Shown here piece by piece: positions 40,677-43,130 of a stretch of DNA of 43,130 bases. The notes below the pieces were generated by a model. The model searched no databases. It was not told the DNA's origin and saw nothing but the letters and a program-made list of their open reading frames with translations. This stretch comes from a virus. Position 1 is the first letter of the stretch; each line of letters starts with the position of its first letter. The translations under genes and the position numbers were made by a program. Location of the stretch: IMG/VR virus record IMGVR_UViG_3300045988_040655, positions 1 to 43,130 of that record. One strand, 5' to 3'.

Positions 40677-40964
40677 ATGGCAAAAGCCAATACTCACGGC
40701 TTGAAAATGCACGGCTTGAAAGCCGCGGCCGGTGAAACGAAAGACGTATACCCGTATACCGGGCACTATGTCCAAATCAGCTACGACACGGACACCGGCG
40801 ACAACTATGCACACTGGCACGCCGATGTTAACAGCTGGGTACACTATGACAACCCGGCGATCTTTACCGCCGTCCGTGCTATGACCCACATGACCATGCA
40901 GCAGATCGCCGACGCAATCGCGGAGGCTGTAGCGGATCGGGCGGCTTTGGCCGCCCGGGCTTAA
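40677..40964 (+). CDS. Hypothetical protein (95 aa)
   Basis: ATG 40677 with AAGGG SD 7 nt upstream. His/Tyr/Asp-rich core followed by an Ala-rich helix. Confidence 0.55.
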   Translation: MAKANTHGLKMHGLKAAAGETKDVYPYTGHYVQISYDTDTGDNYAHWHADVNSWVHYDNPAIFTAVRAMTHMTMQQIADAIAEAVADRAALAARA

Positions 40965-40994
40965 CCCCATCATTATTATCAGGAGGAAACGAAC

Positions 40995-41534
40995 ATGAAA
41001 AAGTATACAGGACGATACACGACCAAAACCCGCGCCGCGCTGAAAAAGTATCCGATTTATTGCCAGATCAGCGGCGAAGATAGCGCAGAAGGAAATATCT
41101 ATGTCTGCAACGGGTATTTCCTTTGGCGCATGAACCGCCTTGAATATAGCGCAGTTGTGCAGCCCGTCACCTGCTGCGAACCGGGAAACTGGGTCATTGA
41201 CAGCAATGGCAAGCGGGACGCCGTGCGCGACCTTGCAAAGCTCTTCGCGGATAATGTCGCCGCCCTGGCGGACGCAGAGCCGATGCAATGCGCCCCGCTG
41301 GAACTCCAATTCTGCGCGAAGGAAAACGCAGGGTGCTACTATTCCAGCAGCGGCGAATTCGTAGCGTTTTATAACACCAAATACCTTGAGCCGCTAGTAA
41401 TTCGCGTGCTTCGCGCCCTTTCCCCTACATCCGCCGCCGCGGCTTACTGGGACGGCGAACCCTACGCGGTTGTTATGCCCATCCGCGAGACGGGCAAGGC
41501 GGTTGACGCTATCAAGGCATACTTTGCCAACTGA
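40995..41534 (+). CDS. Hypothetical protein (179 aa)
   Basis: SD CAGGAGGAAACGAACATG. No motif recognised. Confidence 0.65.
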   Translation: MKKYTGRYTTKTRAALKKYPIYCQISGEDSAEGNIYVCNGYFLWRMNRLEYSAVVQPVTCCEPGNWVIDSNGKRDAVRDLAKLFADNVAALADAEPMQCAPLELQFCAKENAGCYYSSSGEFVAFYNTKYLEPLVIRVLRALSPTSAAAAYWDGEPYAVVMPIRETGKAVDAIKAYFAN

Positions 41535-41739
41535 CCCGCAAGGCCGACGCATAACGCGCCGCCGGTGCAAGCCCGGCCGCCCTGCAAAGGGTGGGCGCTC
41601 ATGGGTACAGAACAGACACACAAGCCCGGCGAGATAATGACGCGCACCCATCGCGCAACAGGGCATCCACGCCGCCGGGGACGTGGTACAAGTCCGCCGG
41701 GGTGATTGTGCGCACCCCGCAAAACAGACAGCACACGCG

Positions 41740-41770
41740 CCCGGACGCATCCGGGACGGGAAAATTTTTT
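41740..41770 (+). terminator. Possible weak terminator
   Basis: Stem CCCGGA/TCCGGG (41740-41755), but the T6 run (41765-41770) lies 9 nt away, which is atypical. Confidence 0.3.
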
Positions 41771-41781
41771 GGAAGGGCAGA

Positions 41782-41810
41782 TTGAATCCGCCTATCCCCT
41801 GCGCTATAAT
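41782..41810 (+). promoter_or_regulatory. Near-consensus sigma-A promoter
   Basis: TTGAAT (41782-41787), 17 nt, TATAAT (41805-41810). GGAGGT SD and ATG 41825 follow. Confidence 0.75.
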
Positions 41811-41824
41811 GGAGGTACAGGAAA

Positions 41825-42004
41825 ATGCGAGAATATGAAAAACATGACCTTGCGGAAATCGCTATGCATATTGCGGCGGCTTCCGGGTGCGGCGCGGAGT
41901 CTCTGGACGTGCTGGACGCGCTATACTGGCTGGACGCAGCCGCACAAAACGAATATAACCCGGAGTTTTTCCGGGTTATGCTCAACGTCCTAGCTCACGT
42001 CTGA
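41825..42004 (+). CDS. Hypothetical protein (59 aa, below the track cutoff)
   Basis: Hand-translated MREYEKHDLAEIAMHIAAASGCGAESLDVLDALYWLDAAAQNEYNPEFFRVMLNVLAHV. SD GGAGGTACAGGAAAATG. Confidence 0.5.
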   Translation: MREYEKHDLAEIAMHIAAASGCGAESLDVLDALYWLDAAAQNEYNPEFFRVMLNVLAHV

Positions 42005-42015
42005 GGGGGGATATT

Positions 42016-42327
42016 ATGCGTGTATCAGCATACCAGCGCCCGAAAACCCCGAAGCGCCCACCCACTCCGCTTGAGCGAAAGCTTGCGACCTATTACGACC
42101 TATTCAAGAATTTCACAGGCCCGGAGAAAATCGTGGACGATTTCGCCGAATACTGGGGAAAGTCTGGTGCGAAGATCGTAGACGCTTATGACAACGTTTT
42201 CCTTGCGTGGTTCCCTTCGCAAGATATAGCCGTTGAGCTATATTACACCTGCAAACGGCATTCGTGGGGTAATACTTACCCCGTAACGGATGTGATCCAA
42301 TGCCCCGACTATTACACGGACAACTAA
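42016..42327 (+). CDS. Hypothetical protein (103 aa)
   Basis: SD GAGGGGGG 7 nt upstream. Followed by a strong terminator. Confidence 0.6.
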   Translation: MRVSAYQRPKTPKRPPTPLERKLATYYDLFKNFTGPEKIVDDFAEYWGKSGAKIVDAYDNVFLAWFPSQDIAVELYYTCKRHSWGNTYPVTDVIQCPDYYTDN

Positions 42328-42330
42328 CCC

Positions 42331-42358
42331 GCCGGGCGGCATTGCCGCCCGGCTTTTT
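42331..42358 (+). terminator. Intrinsic terminator
   Basis: Perfect 10-bp GC stem GCCGGGCGGC/GCCGCCCGGC, 3-nt loop, then TTTTT. Confidence 0.9.
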
Positions 42359-42429
42359 CTGCGTCTATGGGGGAGAAAGGAAATTTTAGGAGGTAAAGCA
42401 CGAATCAGAAAAGTGCGGGCCTGTTCAAA

Positions 42430-42477
42430 AAAATTTTTGAGCAGGGGAGATTGTTTTGCCTTTTTCTCAAAAATTTT
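42430..42477. repeat. 12-bp inverted repeat AAAATTTTTGAG / CTCAAAAATTTT in an A/T-tract-rich intergenic region
   Basis: Arms at 42430-42441 and 42466-42477 with a 24-nt spacer. Neighbouring related motifs include CTCAAGAAAAATCCGAGGG. Confidence 0.5.
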
Positions 42478-42616
42478 CCCAAAAGGGGGATTCTCAAGAA
42501 AAATCCGAGGGCAGACAAACAAATCAGATCGACGCAGAAAAATTGAGTTAGTGCATTGCAAGCCCCGCCCCTACTGCCCGTAACGCAATGCTTAATCCCA
42601 CCCGGTCAAGACCGGT

Positions 42617-42646
42617 AACCAAAAGCGGCACCCTTCTGGTGCCGCT
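42617..42646 (-). terminator. Intrinsic terminator ending the early operon (bidirectional shape)
   Basis: 9-bp stem AGCGGCACC/GGTGCCGCT (42624-42646), 5-nt loop. On the minus strand TTTTGGTT follows; on the plus strand TTCTT follows. Confidence 0.75.
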
Positions 42647-42695
42647 TTCTTCATCATACATTTTAGCACAGAAAAACGGCTTTAAACGGCCATTT

Positions 42696-43094
42696 TTATT
42701 CAACGACGCCCAAATTATAACCTACGTCCATGATAAACTTCCGACACCAGCGGCGGGCAGTACGCTCTGAAACATTGCATTTCTGCGCCGCACCGTAAAT
42801 GGTATATCTCTGGTGCTTCTGCCAGAACAGGAGGGTAATAAGCCGGATAACATCTGCGCTCCCTGCCGTTTTGATGGCGTCATACACGGCTTTGTACTCC
42901 CTGTATTCCGGCCTTGTCATGGCTCGGATTGTGGTCTGCTCAACCGTTCTGTTCGCCCTATGCCCTCCCACCTGCTCGGTGTAGCCGGGCGTTATATTCT
43001 GCTGAAGCGCTTCTTGGTGCTGGCGGCACCGCTCAGGGTACAGCCGTATTACCGCACGAACATATCCCCACCACAGGTATCTTGTGTTGCTCAT
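42696..43094 (-). CDS. RinA/ArpU-type late-gene transcriptional activator (putative)
   Basis: 132 aa. N-terminal ...IRLYPERCRQHQEAL and C-terminal HTH YGAAQKCNVSERTARRWCRKFIMDVGYNLG, as in RinA-family regulators. It is the last gene of the early operon. Confidence 0.65.
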   Translation of the reverse strand: MSNTRYLWWGYVRAVIRLYPERCRQHQEALQQNITPGYTEQVGGHRANRTVEQTTIRAMTRPEYREYKAVYDAIKTAGSADVIRLITLLFWQKHQRYTIYGAAQKCNVSERTARRWCRKFIMDVGYNLGVVE

Positions 43095-43130
43095 AAGCCC
43101 TCCTCATCCCGATAGCGCTTCAAACGGTCT
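43076..43130. repeat. Terminal direct repeat copy 2 (identical to 1-55)
   Basis: Exact 55-nt identity with the window start. Confidence 0.9.

Larger units (their letters stand above)
1..43130. mobile_element. Complete temperate siphovirus-type phage genome in circular (attP) form; unique length 43,075 bp
   Basis: Contains an integrase/repressor module, a recombination module and a terS-terL-portal-capsid-tail-lysis operon. The first 55 nt equal the last 55 nt. No host flanking genes are present. Confidence 0.85.

Noticed and set aside
41591-41985. ORFs 41591-41785 (+), 41706-41993 (+), 41599-41985 (-), 41394-41750 (-)
   Set aside because: They are Arg/Pro/Gly-rich low-complexity products in a GC-rich spacer, mutually overlapping and without convincing RBSs. 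The better-supported gene here is the hand-found 41825-42004.
42238-42561. 107-aa minus-strand ORF
   Set aside because: It would run through the strong plus-strand terminator hairpin and the 3' end of 42016-42327. It has no SD.

Overview
The window is a complete, circularly closed temperate phage genome. It is siphovirus-type with Firmicutes/Clostridia-like gene content; the host assignment is inference. Nucleotides 1-55 are identical to 43076-43130, so the unique length is 43,075 bp. The gene at 42696-43094 is translationally coupled (ATGA) to the gene at 16-360 across the junction. Layout: (i) A minus-strand early operon runs 9677->16 and continues 43094->42696. It carries a Cro-like HTH, an Xis-like gene, a NinB-like gene, SSB, RusA, a gene made of 31 tandem 18-bp hexapeptide units, a MazG-like gene and a RinA-like late activator. 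(ii) A lysogeny region at 8.9-14.1 kb holds several XRE-type regulators and two separate promoter/operator switches. It also holds GAAC-N4-GTTC (LexA/Cheo-box-like) palindromes inside promoter cores, a TM2 protein, and a tyrosine integrase followed by an attP-like region. (iii) A minus-strand late operon runs 39007->17711: terS, terL, portal, gp7-like, scaffold, HK97-type capsid, connectors, major tail, chaperones, 1031-aa tape measure, Dit/Tal, fibres, holin, endolysin. (iv) A terminator-insulated eight-gene cassette (17481->14279) sits at the lysis-attP moron locus. It encodes Q/N-rich, Gly/Trp-rich, Cys-rich and C1q/BclA-CTD-like proteins, and it is my best candidate for an undescribed system. 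(v) A plus-strand island at 39.8-42.4 kb contains an RHH regulator, a divergent operon with a strongly acidic protein, and a two-gene moron bounded by a promoter and a terminator. (vi) A ~580-bp adenine-depleted non-coding region lies upstream of terS. I saw no rRNA, tRNA, CRISPR array, transposase or reverse transcriptase. All functional calls rest on motif recognition, RBS/overlap inspection and synteny, not on database searches.
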